64,000 nt of DNA from Anolis carolinensis (GCF_035594765.1 NW_026943818.1:35719129-35783128); one strand, 5' to 3'; counted from the first letter of the stretch, positions 51,906 to 62,399 are shown. The notes: generated by a model not told the origin, from the letters alone. A program made the numbers and translations.

Positions 51906-52386
51906 TTTCGTCTTTCTCCCACTGGTCCATCTGAAGGAGCAGAAGGAAGGCCCAGTCGTTGCGGAAGAGGCAGAAATAGGATTAAGAGGATCAGCTATTG
52001 TAGAAGTGTTAGAGACTAGCCTGGAGGGGAGGTAAAGGAGAGAATTCCAGGAGAGCAATAAAACAAGACTTTTATTATTATCACAGCTGATGATAAGGCA
52101 AAACAGCCACAGGTGTTTTGTGGGTCTGTACCATGCAAATGGCCGTTGCAACATGTGCGTAGCAAACAAAGAATTTATATCTCGGCTTATCTAAAATTGA
52201 CCAATGGCTGAGGATCTTCCCCACCTTCCACACCTACTTTGGCATAAGTGATACCTGTGACCTCACTTGTTGATTTCAAGCTAACTTTTGGTCTTGGAAC
52301 GTTCTGGAAAAAGGCACCAGCTCCCAGGAAGGGAGGGGCACAGGTCTTGTGTTGTACATACTACTTTGGTTCATACAAAGTGCTTA

Positions 52387-53072
52387 TCTATATATATAAA
52401 AGAGTGATGGAATTCTGGCGACTGCCAAAACAACAAAACTAAACACCCCACAACCTCGAAAATTGACAACACAACCCATCATCCACGCCTCTAGGTAGAT
52501 ACAACAAAAAGAAAAGAAAAATAAAGTCCTCATTAGAGGGAGAGGAATAATTGTTTTTATCCAATTGCAGCCAGTTAAAAGGCTAAGCTCCGCCCACTTG
52601 GTCTCCTAGCAACCCACTCAGCCCAGGGGACAGGCAGAGTTAGGCCTCACTTAGACCTCTTCCACACTGCCTATAAAATACAGATTATCAGATTTTAACT
52701 GGATTATATGGCAGTGTAGACTCAAGGCCCTTCCACACAGCTATATAACCCATATAATCTTATATTATCTGCTTTAACTGGATTATCTGGACTCCACACC
52801 TTTACTCTTTACCTTAATTACCACCAATTCCTCAATACTTTATTTGCCATACCACCATACTTCGCCACAGCAACGCGTGGCTGGGCACAGCTAGTATCTA
52901 TATATATAAAAGGGTAATGGAATCACGGCACCGGACAAAACAATTAAACTAAATGCCCCACAACCTCAAAAATTGACAGCACAACCTCTCATCCACGCCT
53001 CTACGTTCATACAACAAAAAGAAAAGAAAAATTAAGTCCTAGCCACAGCAACGCGTGGCCGGGCACAGCTAG
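52387..53072 (+). mobile_element. Two head-to-tail Helitrons (52387-52894 and 52897-53072)
   Basis: Each starts TCTATATATATAAAAG and ends gccacagcaacgcgtggc..gggcacagCTAG. Confidence 0.8.
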
Positions 53073-53841
53073 TTGTCTATATAAAGGTTATATGATATAT
53101 GCAGAGGCACAGCTATGTTAGGCAAAAATTTACTATTTTTCTGGCTTATGGTCCCTACAGAAAGAAGAGGCGAAAAGGGAAGGGATGCCGCTGAGGATGA
53201 GCGGAAGGAAGGAGTAGCGGTTGTGGAAGACATACCCATCAGTATGAGCGGCAGGGTCGGATAGCTTTTGGGGTCGGAAGAAAACCCAACTATTGCGGAC
53301 AAGGAAGAAAGGAGCCACTGTTGTGGATGTATACTTGGGACACTGGTGCCAAGGTGGAAGACACACCGATCGATACAAGAACAGAGTAAAAAAACAACGC
53401 AAGAAGGTGTAGCAAAAGAGATAAGAGAGGAAGGATAGAGAACGAGATAAGTAGAAGAAAGAGAGAGAGAGAGAGACCGGTAAGGATTGGTCAGCCTTTA
53501 CGTCGGAAGGATCAAGTAGTTCAAGAAGAGACGAGACAAGTGTGCAACGGAGGAGTAACCATTGCAGAAGACACATAAAGCCAAAGGAAGAAGTAGCTGT
53601 TACCAAGAAGGAGATCTCAAAGGACCAGCTTTGACAGACTAGACGAAACAGAAGGACAGTGTAGTTGTCATCGTGGTCAACTCCCAGGATCTCCTATCCG
53701 GCAGGAGTTGCAGTCCCAAAGATAAAGTTTCCGACCATGAAAACACTCTACCTTTGAGACAACTCCTCCTAGGATCTCTCATTCAGCACAGTGTAAGGAA
53801 CGAGCAGAAGGCAAGAGCAACCGTTCCAGGTGACATGAGCC

Positions 53842-54120
53842 ATGAACCCCAACTATCCTCCGCCGCCGTACCCAGGTCCAATGGCTCCCTACCCGGCACC
53901 CATGGCAGCCCCGCTGTATAGAGCCCCCTACCCGGGGGTCTACCAACAGCCTGTGTACCAGCAATATCCAGGCCCTGCATACGGCTACGGGCCCGGGCAG
54001 ACAGTGTATGTTGTGGAGGAGCGGCGGACGCAGGACTCCGCTCTGACCGGCTGTCTGCAAGGCTGCCTGGCCGCCCTTTGCTGCTGCTGTATGTGCGACA
54101 TGTTGACCGCTTGCAACTGA
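53842..54120 (+). CDS. CYSTM1: CYSTM1-like cysteine-rich tail-anchored membrane protein, CDS in a single exon
   Basis: 92 aa with a Pro/Tyr/Gln-rich N-terminus (MNPNYPPPPYPGP), TVYVVEE and the CYSTM module CLQGCLAALCCCCMCDMLT. GCCATG Kozak context and AATAAA at about 54177. Ortholog versus paralog is not resolved. Confidence 0.8.
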   Translation: MNPNYPPPPYPGPMAPYPAPMAAPLYRAPYPGVYQQPVYQQYPGPAYGYGPGQTVYVVEERRTQDSALTGCLQGCLAALCCCCMCDMLTACN

Positions 54121-54645
54121 GCGACTCCCCGTTCCCGGGAGGTTCAACTCTGTTTTTGCCCCCCCCCCCCCCACGTAATAAACATATTGCTTTGCATGCG
54201 TCGCAAGCCATGTTGTGTCTGCCATCTTGGTCGAGTCCCAGGATCCCCCTATCCCAGGGGTCCTCAAACGTTTTAAGTCCCTCAGACTCTGGGGGTCCGG
54301 ACTATGATGAAATAGTCCAAAATTAGGCCTTAGTTTGGTGACCCTGATCTAGATGATCTCATAAGACCATAGGCAAGCAAAAAGAACTCGAAAGACCATC
54401 TAGATCAGGGGTCCCCAAACTTTTTAAACAGGGGGCCAGTTCACGATCCTTCGGACCGTTGGAGGGCCGGACTATAGTTGGCCACCGAGCAATAATAAAT
54501 AAATAAATAAATAACAACAATAATAAAAAGAGGGTTGGAAGAGACCTTTTGGGCCATTGAGTCCAATCCCCTTCTGCCTTTGTGCACCGAAAGTACAAGC
54601 AAAACACCCCTGACAGATGGCCACCCAGCCTCAATGTTAATAATA

Positions 54646-54676
<31 letters not shown>

Positions 54677-54686
54677 TACAGTAGAG

Positions 54687-54989
54687 TGTCAGAACCCTGC
54701 TACTAGAGCCTGGATGTGGCTCTGAGTTTCAGGGTCACTGACATTGATAAGACACCTGCGTCCCAGGACTCGGAGGAGAAACGGCTGATGGACTTGGCGG
54801 GGAATTTGCGCGGGGTTTTACTGAGCGGGAAGAGACTGTTCAAATGAGGGGGAGGGTATATAAAGGAGGGTTGGCCGGAGCCTCCCATTCTTGGCTTTTC
54901 TGATGTTCATGTTTCCTACAGTAAAAGTTCCTGGTGATACCACAGAGAGTCTCGTGTGTTCATTCAGGAGCGGCTGTGGTGAGCTGACA
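54687..54989 (+). repeat. 5' LTR (TATA at 54857-54864; AGTAAA polyA-like signal)
   Basis: Direct repeat of 59701-60003 with TG...CA termini. Confidence 0.97.
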
Positions 54990-55037
54990 CTAAGCCAAGA
55001 ATACGGACACCATCCCGCTGTAGCGGTGAGGTGTAAC

Positions 55038-58000
55038 ATGCAAGTGGAGGATGAAGAGCTCTTGGGCGCCGGAGGAGGAAGGTCGGAAAGGGCCACTCCC
55101 GAGACGGACGCTGAGTTCCACCAGCTGGCGGCCCTGGCGTCATCCACCGCTTATGCCCAGCCAAATGGGGTAACCCAGAGGCGCGGAGTGGTGCGGGGAG
55201 ATAGCACCGGAGGAGAGGAAGGTTCACCTTCCCCAGGCCCGCAAAAGATGGTGTTTCTGGAGGAGAGGATGTCGGCGATGGAGACCACCCTGGCAGTGAT
55301 GTCGAGGGCGATGGAGCGCCTGGCGGTTTTGGCGGAGCCGGAGCGAGGAAGGGAACTCCGGGCTAGCTCAATGTGGGACGTGAGCATGGGAAGCAGCCAG
55401 GGCTTTGCAGACCTCCCAGCACCGAAGGGAAGGGAAATGCGAAAGGAGCCCGGTGCCCGGCCCAAGATCCAAACGAGCCTGACGCGGGTGGAGGAGAGTG
55501 ACGACGAAGGGGAAAAGCCTCCGAGAATCCCGGCTACGCTCCCAACTGAGACCCTGGTGCCCCTGGCGAATGCCGGGCGTGGCACAGGACAAAGGGAAGC
55601 AGCAGCGGGGCCCACTGGCCCGCAAGGGGGCTTGCGACGGGCGGAGAATTGGGGATTGCCACCACAGGGACCCCTACCGAGACGAGAGGAACTAAGGATC
55701 GAGTTTGGGGGAGAGTCCTCTGAACTGGATTTTTTCCTGACCACGGTGAGGGGCTATATGGAGGACAATGCCCACACTTTTAGAACGGAATCCAGCCGGG
55801 TACGGGCCATTGGTGCAGTGTTGAAGAGGGGAGCGGCCAGCTGGTACGTTCAACTACACGCGCGGCGCGACCCATGTCTGGGGTCACTCCGACGCTTTAT
55901 GGGGGCCCTGGAGACCCGTTTCCGAGATCCACTGGAGCAGATCCGGGCGAGGGAGGAGTTGAAGACCGTCTCCCAGGGGCAGAGGTCGGTATCTGAGTAT
56001 GCGGAGGAGTTCCAATGCCTCGCTGAAAAGGTGCCGGAATGGTCTGCAGTGACAAAGATAGAACTCTTCAAAGAGGGGCTCAGGCGGGAGATCCTCTCCT
56101 GGGCGGTGCATCGTGATGAGCCTGACACACTGCGCGGATGGATTCAGCTGGCGGGGCGCATCGAGACATCGCTGGCCCAGGCGAGGAGGCACCGAGGAGG
56201 GCTACAGCAGCGGCCGCAGATGAAAGAGGGGAGCCGGAAGGAGGGATCAACCCCAGCCGGGAGGAGAACGGAGCCGACAGGGAACGTGAGCACCAGCAGG
56301 AGGGGCTGCTTCGTGTGCGGCCGTTTGGGCCACAGGGCTGCCGAGTGCTGGCAGAGAAAAGGGGAAGGCGGAGGCCCGCCCAAACCAAGAGCCGTGGCAG
56401 GGAAACGCGCCGAGGAAGAACCACCGATGAGGCACCACTCGGGGGGGTTGGTAAGTCAGGACAAAGCCATGATAGTGGTCCCCATTCAGCTGGAAAGTGG
56501 CAGCAAACAAGCAACCTGCAAAGCATTTGTGGATTGTGGATGTTCCAGGAACATCATCTCCCCTGAATTAGCCGAGGGATTGGGATGCGAAAGAACGAAC
56601 CTAGAATCCCCAATAGCTTTTTCGCAGTTGGACGGATCCACAGCATCGGGATCATTAGCTAAGTACAGTGCCGAAGATGTAAAGTGCAAGATAGGGAGTT
56701 GGGAAGGAAAGGTGTCATTTGTGATATCACAAATAGCCAGCTATAATGTTATACTAGGCATGCCATGGCTGGGGCAGGCCAACCCGCAAATCAACTGGGA
56801 GGATAAGAGCATGATCTTCAGGATGAAGTTGGAAGGAGGGAGCCAGGAAGTGGAAAGGGAGCCGGGGAAAAGGGGGGAGGAAGACTCTATCAGGATAGCA
56901 GAACTGGCAGATAAATTACCCCCAGAGTATCGGGATTTTGTGGACGTATTTGATGAGAAGGAAGCAGACAGTTTCCCACCGAAGCGGAGAGTTGAAGTGA
57001 AGATAGAGCTAGTCCCAGGAGCAGAGCTTCCTAAGGCAAAAATATACCCAATGTCGGCTAGGGAAAAGGAGGAACTGAGAAAATACATTGATAAAAACCT
57101 AGCGAGGGGTTTCATAGAGCCTTCAAATTCCCCTCTAGGGGCGCCTGTGTTGTTCAGGCGCAAAAAGGACCAAACGCTGAGGCTCTGCATTGACTACAGG
57201 GGCCTGAATGCAATCAGTTCTGGAAATAAATACCCCCTACCTTTAGTGAAGGACTTGATCGCCCAGTTATCGGAGGGACAGATATTCACTAAATTGGACT
57301 TAATTGAAGCGTACCATAAATTGCAGATTAAACCAGAGGACAGGTGGAAGACGGCCTTCTCCTGTGCATTCGGATTATTCAATTATCGTGTGCTCCCTTT
57401 CGGTTTGTGCGGCGGAGGCGCCGCGTTCATGCAATTAATCAACGAAGTGTTGCATCCATTGTTGTACAAGGGAGTCTTTGTTTTTTTAGATGACATATTG
57501 TTAGTATCTCGGACTAAGGAGCAACACATAGAACTAGTCAGGGAAGTCCTGCAAAAGTTGAGAGAAGCAAAACTGTATGCGAAGCTTGCCAAGTGCGAGT
57601 TCAATAAAGACCAGATAGACTTTCTGGGGTATAGGATTTCCTCCCAGGGAGTGGCGATGGACCCTGCGAAGGTAGAAGACGTGAGGGGGTGGGAAGCCCC
57701 CAAAACACGGAAGCAGCTGCAATCCTTCCTAGGGTTCGCAAACTTCTATAGAACATTTATCAAGGACTTTGCGCGCCTCACTTTGCCATTAACGGATTTG
57801 TTAAAGACTAAAGGTAGGGGAGAAACAGCCAAAGTGAAGGCCCCAGGGGCCAAACTGACCTGGACAATAGAATGCCAGGAAGCTTTCGAAGCCCTTAAAA
57901 AGCGTTTTACTGAGGAGCCTGTCCTACAGCACCCTGATATGTCTAAAGCCTTTGTATTACATTGCGATGCGTCAGACCGGGCATATGGGGCAGTTCTGCT

Positions 58001-59654
58001 ACAGAAAGACGAGGGGGGGAACCTGAAGCCATGTGGCTATCTGTCAAAAAAGTTTAGCGATACAGAAAAAAACTGGCCGATTTGGGAGAGAGAAGCCTTA
58101 GCGATTCTAAAAGCACTAGAGTGCTGGAGACACTTTCTGGAAGGAAGTGGAACACCGTTTGAGGTGTGGACTGACCATAGAAATTTACAGTATCTAAGAT
58201 CCCCTCGTAAACTATCAGCGAAGCAAATTAGATGGGCCCAATATTTCAGCCGTTTTGATTTCAGACTCAGATTCTTCCAGGGGAAACATAATATACTCGC
58301 TGACGCTCTCTCTCGGATGCCTCAGCACGGGGGAGGAATTCAGGAATCTGAAGGGAGTATTTTTCTTGATAAGCAATGGGGCCTGGCAGTACTAACTCGA
58401 GCACAAGCGGCCAAAGAAAACAAACGTACTGCCATTTCCACGGGGGGAGGAGAAATATGGGAGGAAGAGTTGAAGCGAGCGTATGGAATGGACAAATGGT
58501 TACAAACAAACAAAGAAAAGGGAGAATTGTGTGGGGATTTGGTGTTTGTAAATAAGAAATTGTATATTCCTGAATGTTTAAGACGAGAAATGTTAAGGAA
58601 GTACCATGATAACAAGGGTGCGGGTCATCTAGGCCCCACCAGGACTATTAAACTGTTGGCCAAACAATGCTGGTGGCCCGGAATGAGGAAAGACGCCAGG
58701 GGATACGTCACGCAGTGTGAATTATGTGCAGAGGGAAAAACACCACCGGGGAAGCCCCAGGGGCTATTGCAGAAGGTGGTGGAGCCCATGAGGCCATGGG
58801 AATGCGTAGCCATGGATTTTGTAGGCGAACTACCCCCCAGCAGAGGCCACAGATACATTTGGACAATATTGGACCTATTCTCAAAACAGGCACACTTTGT
58901 GGCCCTGCCAAAACTCCCTTCAGCTGAAAAACTTGCTGATTTGTATGTGAAGCATGTATATCGCCTACATGGGTGTCCCGACAAGATAATTAGTGACCGG
59001 GGAGTCCAATTTACTGCAAAATTTTGGGGAAAATTCTTACAGCTGTTAGGAGCAGAAAGGAACCTGAGCTCGGCCTTTCATCCCGCGACCAACGGGGGGG
59101 TCGAACGTACCCAACAGACACTGTGCCAATTCTTAAGGATGTACACCAATTATAGACAGGATGATTGGGCGGACCTTCTTCCGTTTGCTGAGATGGCTTT
59201 TAACGGGGCCGTACATTCGGCCACAGGTCGTGCCCCATTCGAAATAGTATACGGACAGGAGGTGGCACCTTTCCCCAGGCTACCCGAGTGGAAGGAAGGG
59301 GAGGGCCAGACCGACGAGGAATGGCCGGCCAAAATCAAGCAAGGGTGGCAAACCGTGGTAGAGGCATTGCGGGAAACACAAAAGAAGTACAAGCTCTTTG
59401 CGGATCGTAGGCGCCGAGAGGGGGACAAATTGGGCGAAGGAGATCTGGTTTGGCTGAGCACAAAAAACCTGAAATTGGGGTTCCCATCCAAGAAATTGGC
59501 TCCACGCTATATAGGGCCATTCAGGGTAGCAAAAAGAATAAACGAAGTGACCTATGAGCTGAGGCTACCAAAGGACCTAGGAAAGGTACACCCGGTATTC
59601 CATTGCAGCCTGTTAAAAAAGTATAAAGGAACTCTGGACAGCGGAGAACAATAG
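55038..59654 (+). CDS. Gag-Pol polyprotein (Gag, CCHC knuckle, aspartic protease, RT, RNase H, integrase) in a single ORF
   Basis: CFVCGRLGHRAAEC; FVDCGCS; LPFGL and FLDD; CDAS RNase H; HHCC zinc finger; MDFV/SDRG/NGGVE (DDE); GPF module. The start codon is taken as the first ATG after the PBS. Confidence 0.95.
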   Translation: MQVEDEELLGAGGGRSERATPETDAEFHQLAALASSTAYAQPNGVTQRRGVVRGDSTGGEEGSPSPGPQKMVFLEERMSAMETTLAVMSRAMERLAVLAEPERGRELRASSMWDVSMGSSQGFADLPAPKGREMRKEPGARPKIQTSLTRVEESDDEGEKPPRIPATLPTETLVPLANAGRGTGQREAAAGPTGPQGGLRRAENWGLPPQGPLPRREELRIEFGGESSELDFFLTTVRGYMEDNAHTFRTESSRVRAIGAVLKRGAASWYVQLHARRDPCLGSLRRFMGALETRFRDPLEQIRAREELKTVSQGQRSVSEYAEEFQCLAEKVPEWSAVTKIELFKEGLRREILSWAVHRDEPDTLRGWIQLAGRIETSLAQARRHRGGLQQRPQMKEGSRKEGSTPAGRRTEPTGNVSTSRRGCFVCGRLGHRAAECWQRKGEGGGPPKPRAVAGKRAEEEPPMRHHSGGLVSQDKAMIVVPIQLESGSKQATCKAFVDCGCSRNIISPELAEGLGCERTNLESPIAFSQLDGSTASGSLAKYSAEDVKCKIGSWEGKVSFVISQIASYNVILGMPWLGQANPQINWEDKSMIFRMKLEGGSQEVEREPGKRGEEDSIRIAELADKLPPEYRDFVDVFDEKEADSFPPKRRVEVKIELVPGAELPKAKIYPMSAREKEELRKYIDKNLARGFIEPSNSPLGAPVLFRRKKDQTLRLCIDYRGLNAISSGNKYPLPLVKDLIAQLSEGQIFTKLDLIEAYHKLQIKPEDRWKTAFSCAFGLFNYRVLPFGLCGGGAAFMQLINEVLHPLLYKGVFVFLDDILLVSRTKEQHIELVREVLQKLREAKLYAKLAKCEFNKDQIDFLGYRISSQGVAMDPAKVEDVRGWEAPKTRKQLQSFLGFANFYRTFIKDFARLTLPLTDLLKTKGRGETAKVKAPGAKLTWTIECQEAFEALKKRFTEEPVLQHPDMSKAFVLHCDASDRAYGAVLLQKDEGGNLKPCGYLSKKFSDTEKNWPIWEREALAILKALECWRHFLEGSGTPFEVWTDHRNLQYLRSPRKLSAKQIRWAQYFSRFDFRLRFFQGKHNILADALSRMPQHGGGIQESEGSIFLDKQWGLAVLTRAQAAKENKRTAISTGGGEIWEEELKRAYGMDKWLQTNKEKGELCGDLVFVNKKLYIPECLRREMLRKYHDNKGAGHLGPTRTIKLLAKQCWWPGMRKDARGYVTQCELCAEGKTPPGKPQGLLQKVVEPMRPWECVAMDFVGELPPSRGHRYIWTILDLFSKQAHFVALPKLPSAEKLADLYVKHVYRLHGCPDKIISDRGVQFTAKFWGKFLQLLGAERNLSSAFHPATNGGVERTQQTLCQFLRMYTNYRQDDWADLLPFAEMAFNGAVHSATGRAPFEIVYGQEVAPFPRLPEWKEGEGQTDEEWPAKIKQGWQTVVEALRETQKKYKLFADRRRREGDKLGEGDLVWLSTKNLKLGFPSKKLAPRYIGPFRVAKRINEVTYELRLPKDLGKVHPVFHCSLLKKYKGTLDSGEQ

Positions 59655-59700
59655 TTGTGTTTAATCTTTTCCTTCCAGGACGAAGGGGAGGAGGACGCCA

Positions 59701-60003
59701 TGTCAGAACCCTGCTACTAGAGCCTGGATGTGGCTCTGAGTTTCAGGGTCACTGACATTGATAAGACACCTGCGTCCCAGGACTCGGAGGAGAAACGGCT
59801 GATGGACTTGGCGGGGAATTTGCGCGGGGTTTTACTGAGCGGGAAGAGACTGTTCAAATGAGGGGGAGGGTATATAAAGGAGGGTTGGCCGGAGCCTCCC
59901 ATTCTTGGCTTTTCTGATGTTCATGTTTCCTACAGTAAAAGTTCCTGGTGATACCACAGAGAGTCTCGTGTGTTCATTCAGGAGCGGCTGTGGTGAGCTG
60001 ACA
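59701..60003 (+). repeat. 3' LTR
   Basis: Direct repeat of 54687-54989. Confidence 0.97.
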
Positions 60004-60462
60004 GTAGAGTCTCACTTATCCAACATAAACGGGCCGGCAGAAGCTTGGATAAGCGAATATCTTGGATAATAAGGAGGGAGTAAGGAAAAGCCTATTAAAC
60101 ATCAAATTAGGTTATGATTTTACAAATGAAGCACCAAAACATCATGTTATACAACAAATTTGACAGAAAAATCAGTTCAATACGCAGTAATGTTATGTTG
60201 TAATTACTGTATTTACGAATTTAGCACCAAAATATCATGATATATTGAAAACATTGACTAGAAAAATGGCTTGGATTATCCAGAGGCTTGGATAAGCGAG
60301 GCTTGGATAAGTGAGACTCTACTGTAATAAAGAGGGTTGGAAGAAACCCCATGGGCCATTTAGTCAAACCCTCTTCTGCCTTTGTGCACCAAACGCACAA
60401 GCAAAGCACCCCTGACAGATGGCCACCCACTCTCAATGTTAATAATAATAATAATAATAATG

Positions 60463-60496
<34 letters not shown>

Positions 60497-60626
60497 GGGT
60501 TGGAAGAGAAGAAGAGACCCTTTGGGTCATTTAGCCCAGCCCCCTTTTGCCCTTGTGCCGTGGGGGCCAGATAAATGGCTTCGATGGGCCGCATCCGGCC
60601 CCCGGGCCTTAGTTTGGGGACCCCTG

Positions 60627-62080
60627 ATCTAGATGGTCTCATAAAACCATGGGTAAGGATAGGGACGCTCAAAAGCCATCGGGATCATCTCATAAGACCA
60701 TCAGAAGACCACAGATAAGGAAAGGGACCCTCAAAGACCATCTGGATGGCTTCATAATACTATTGGTAAGGAAAGGGACTCTCAAAGGCCATCTAGATGA
60801 TCTCATCAGGCCATCAGAAGACCATAGATAAGGAAAGGGACCCTCAAAGACCATCTGGATGGTTTCATAAGACCATCAGTAAGGAAAGGGACTCTCAAAG
60901 GCCATCGAGATGATCTCATCAGGCCATCAGAAGACCATAGGTAAGGAAAGGGACCCTCAAAGGACATCTAGATGATCTCATAAAACCATCTGTAAGGAAA
61001 GGGACTTTTCAGACCATCTGGATGGTTTCATAAGACCATCAGTAAGGAAAGGGACTCTCAAAGACCATCGAGATGATCTCATCAGGCCATCAGAAGACCA
61101 TAGGTAAGGAAAGGGACCCTCAAAGGACATCTAGATGATCTCATAAAACCATCTGTAAGGAAAGGGACTTTTCAGACCATCTGGATGGTTTCATAAGACC
61201 ATCAGTAAGGAAAGGGACCCTCAAAGGCTATCTAGATGATCTCATAAGGCCATCAGAAGACCATAGGTAAGGAAAGGGACCCTCAAAGGACATCTAGATG
61301 ATCTCATAAAACCATCTGTAAGGAAAGGGACTTTTCAGACCATCTGGATGGTTTCATAAGACCATCAGTAAGGAAAGGGACTCTCAAAGGCCATCGAGAT
61401 GATCTCATCAGGCCATCAGAAGACCATAGGTAAGGAAAGGGACCCTCAAAGGACATCTAGATGATCTCATAAAACCATCTGTAAGGAAAGGGACTTTTCA
61501 GACCATCTGGATGGTTTCATAAGACCATCAGTAAGGAAAGGGACCCTCAAAGGCTATCTAGATGATCTCATAAGGCCATCAGAAGACCATAGGTAAGGAA
61601 AGGGACCCTCAAAGGACATCTAGATGATCTCATAAAACCATCTGTAAGGAAAGGGACTTTTCAGACCATCTGGATGGTTTCATAAGACCATCAGTAAGGA
61701 AAGGGACTCTCAAAGGCCATCGAGATGATCTCATCAGGCCATCAGAAGACCATAGGTAAGGAAAGGGACCCTCAAAGGACATCTAGATGATCTCATAAAA
61801 CCATCTGTAAGGAAAGGGACTTTTCAGACCATCTGGATGGTTTCATAAGACCATCAGTAAGGAAAGGGACTCTCAAAGGCCATCGAGATGATCTCATCAG
61901 GCCATCAGAAGACCATAGGTAAGGAAAGGGACCCTCAAAGACCATCTTGATGGTTTCATAAGACCATTGGTAAGGAAAGGGACTCTCAAAGGCCATCTAG
62001 ATAATCTCATCAGGCCATCAGAAGATCATAAATAAGGAAAGGGACCCTCAAAGGCCATCTAGATGGTTCATAAAACCATC
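60627..62080. repeat. CATCTAGATG-core array with higher-order periodicity, reverse orientation
   Basis: Same unit family, with recurring three-unit blocks of about 160 bp. Confidence 0.85.
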
Positions 62081-62399
62081 ACTCACAAACAGGTAAACTG
62101 TGACCTCCACCGATGATGGGCCCGGACCAAACTTGGCACCCAGAACCCCCATGACTAACTCAACCTACTGGAGAGGTTCAAGGAGACTGACTCACCATAG
62201 TGGGAGTTGTAGTTTACCCTGCAGCCGGAGAGCACACTAAACCCCACCAATGATGCATCCAGAGCAAACTTGCTCAACATCACAACAGAGCTATGGATTC
62301 CACCTAAACGTTAGACACTTGGGGTACGAACTGTGGGAGATGTGTGATAGAGTCTCATACTGTAAGAGGTTGGATGGCCATCTGTCGGGAAGGTTTGGA

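Larger units (their letters stand above)
54687..60003 (+). mobile_element. Full-length Ty3/Gypsy LTR retrotransposon (Tf1/sushi-like), recently inserted
   Basis: Two 303-bp LTRs (TGTCAG...CTGACA) that read as identical, flanking duplication GTAGAG, PBS at 54992-55002, purine tract at about 59679-59700 and an intact gag-pol ORF. Confidence 0.97.

Noticed and set aside
54891-55037. N-terminal extension of Gag-Pol from the TTG at 54891
   Set aside because: It starts inside the LTR at the predicted transcription start. The first ATG after the PBS (55038) is the more plausible start.
54964-59520. Many minus-strand and alternate-frame ORFs across the Gypsy element
   Set aside because: They are shadow ORFs of the gag-pol frame with no recognisable motifs.
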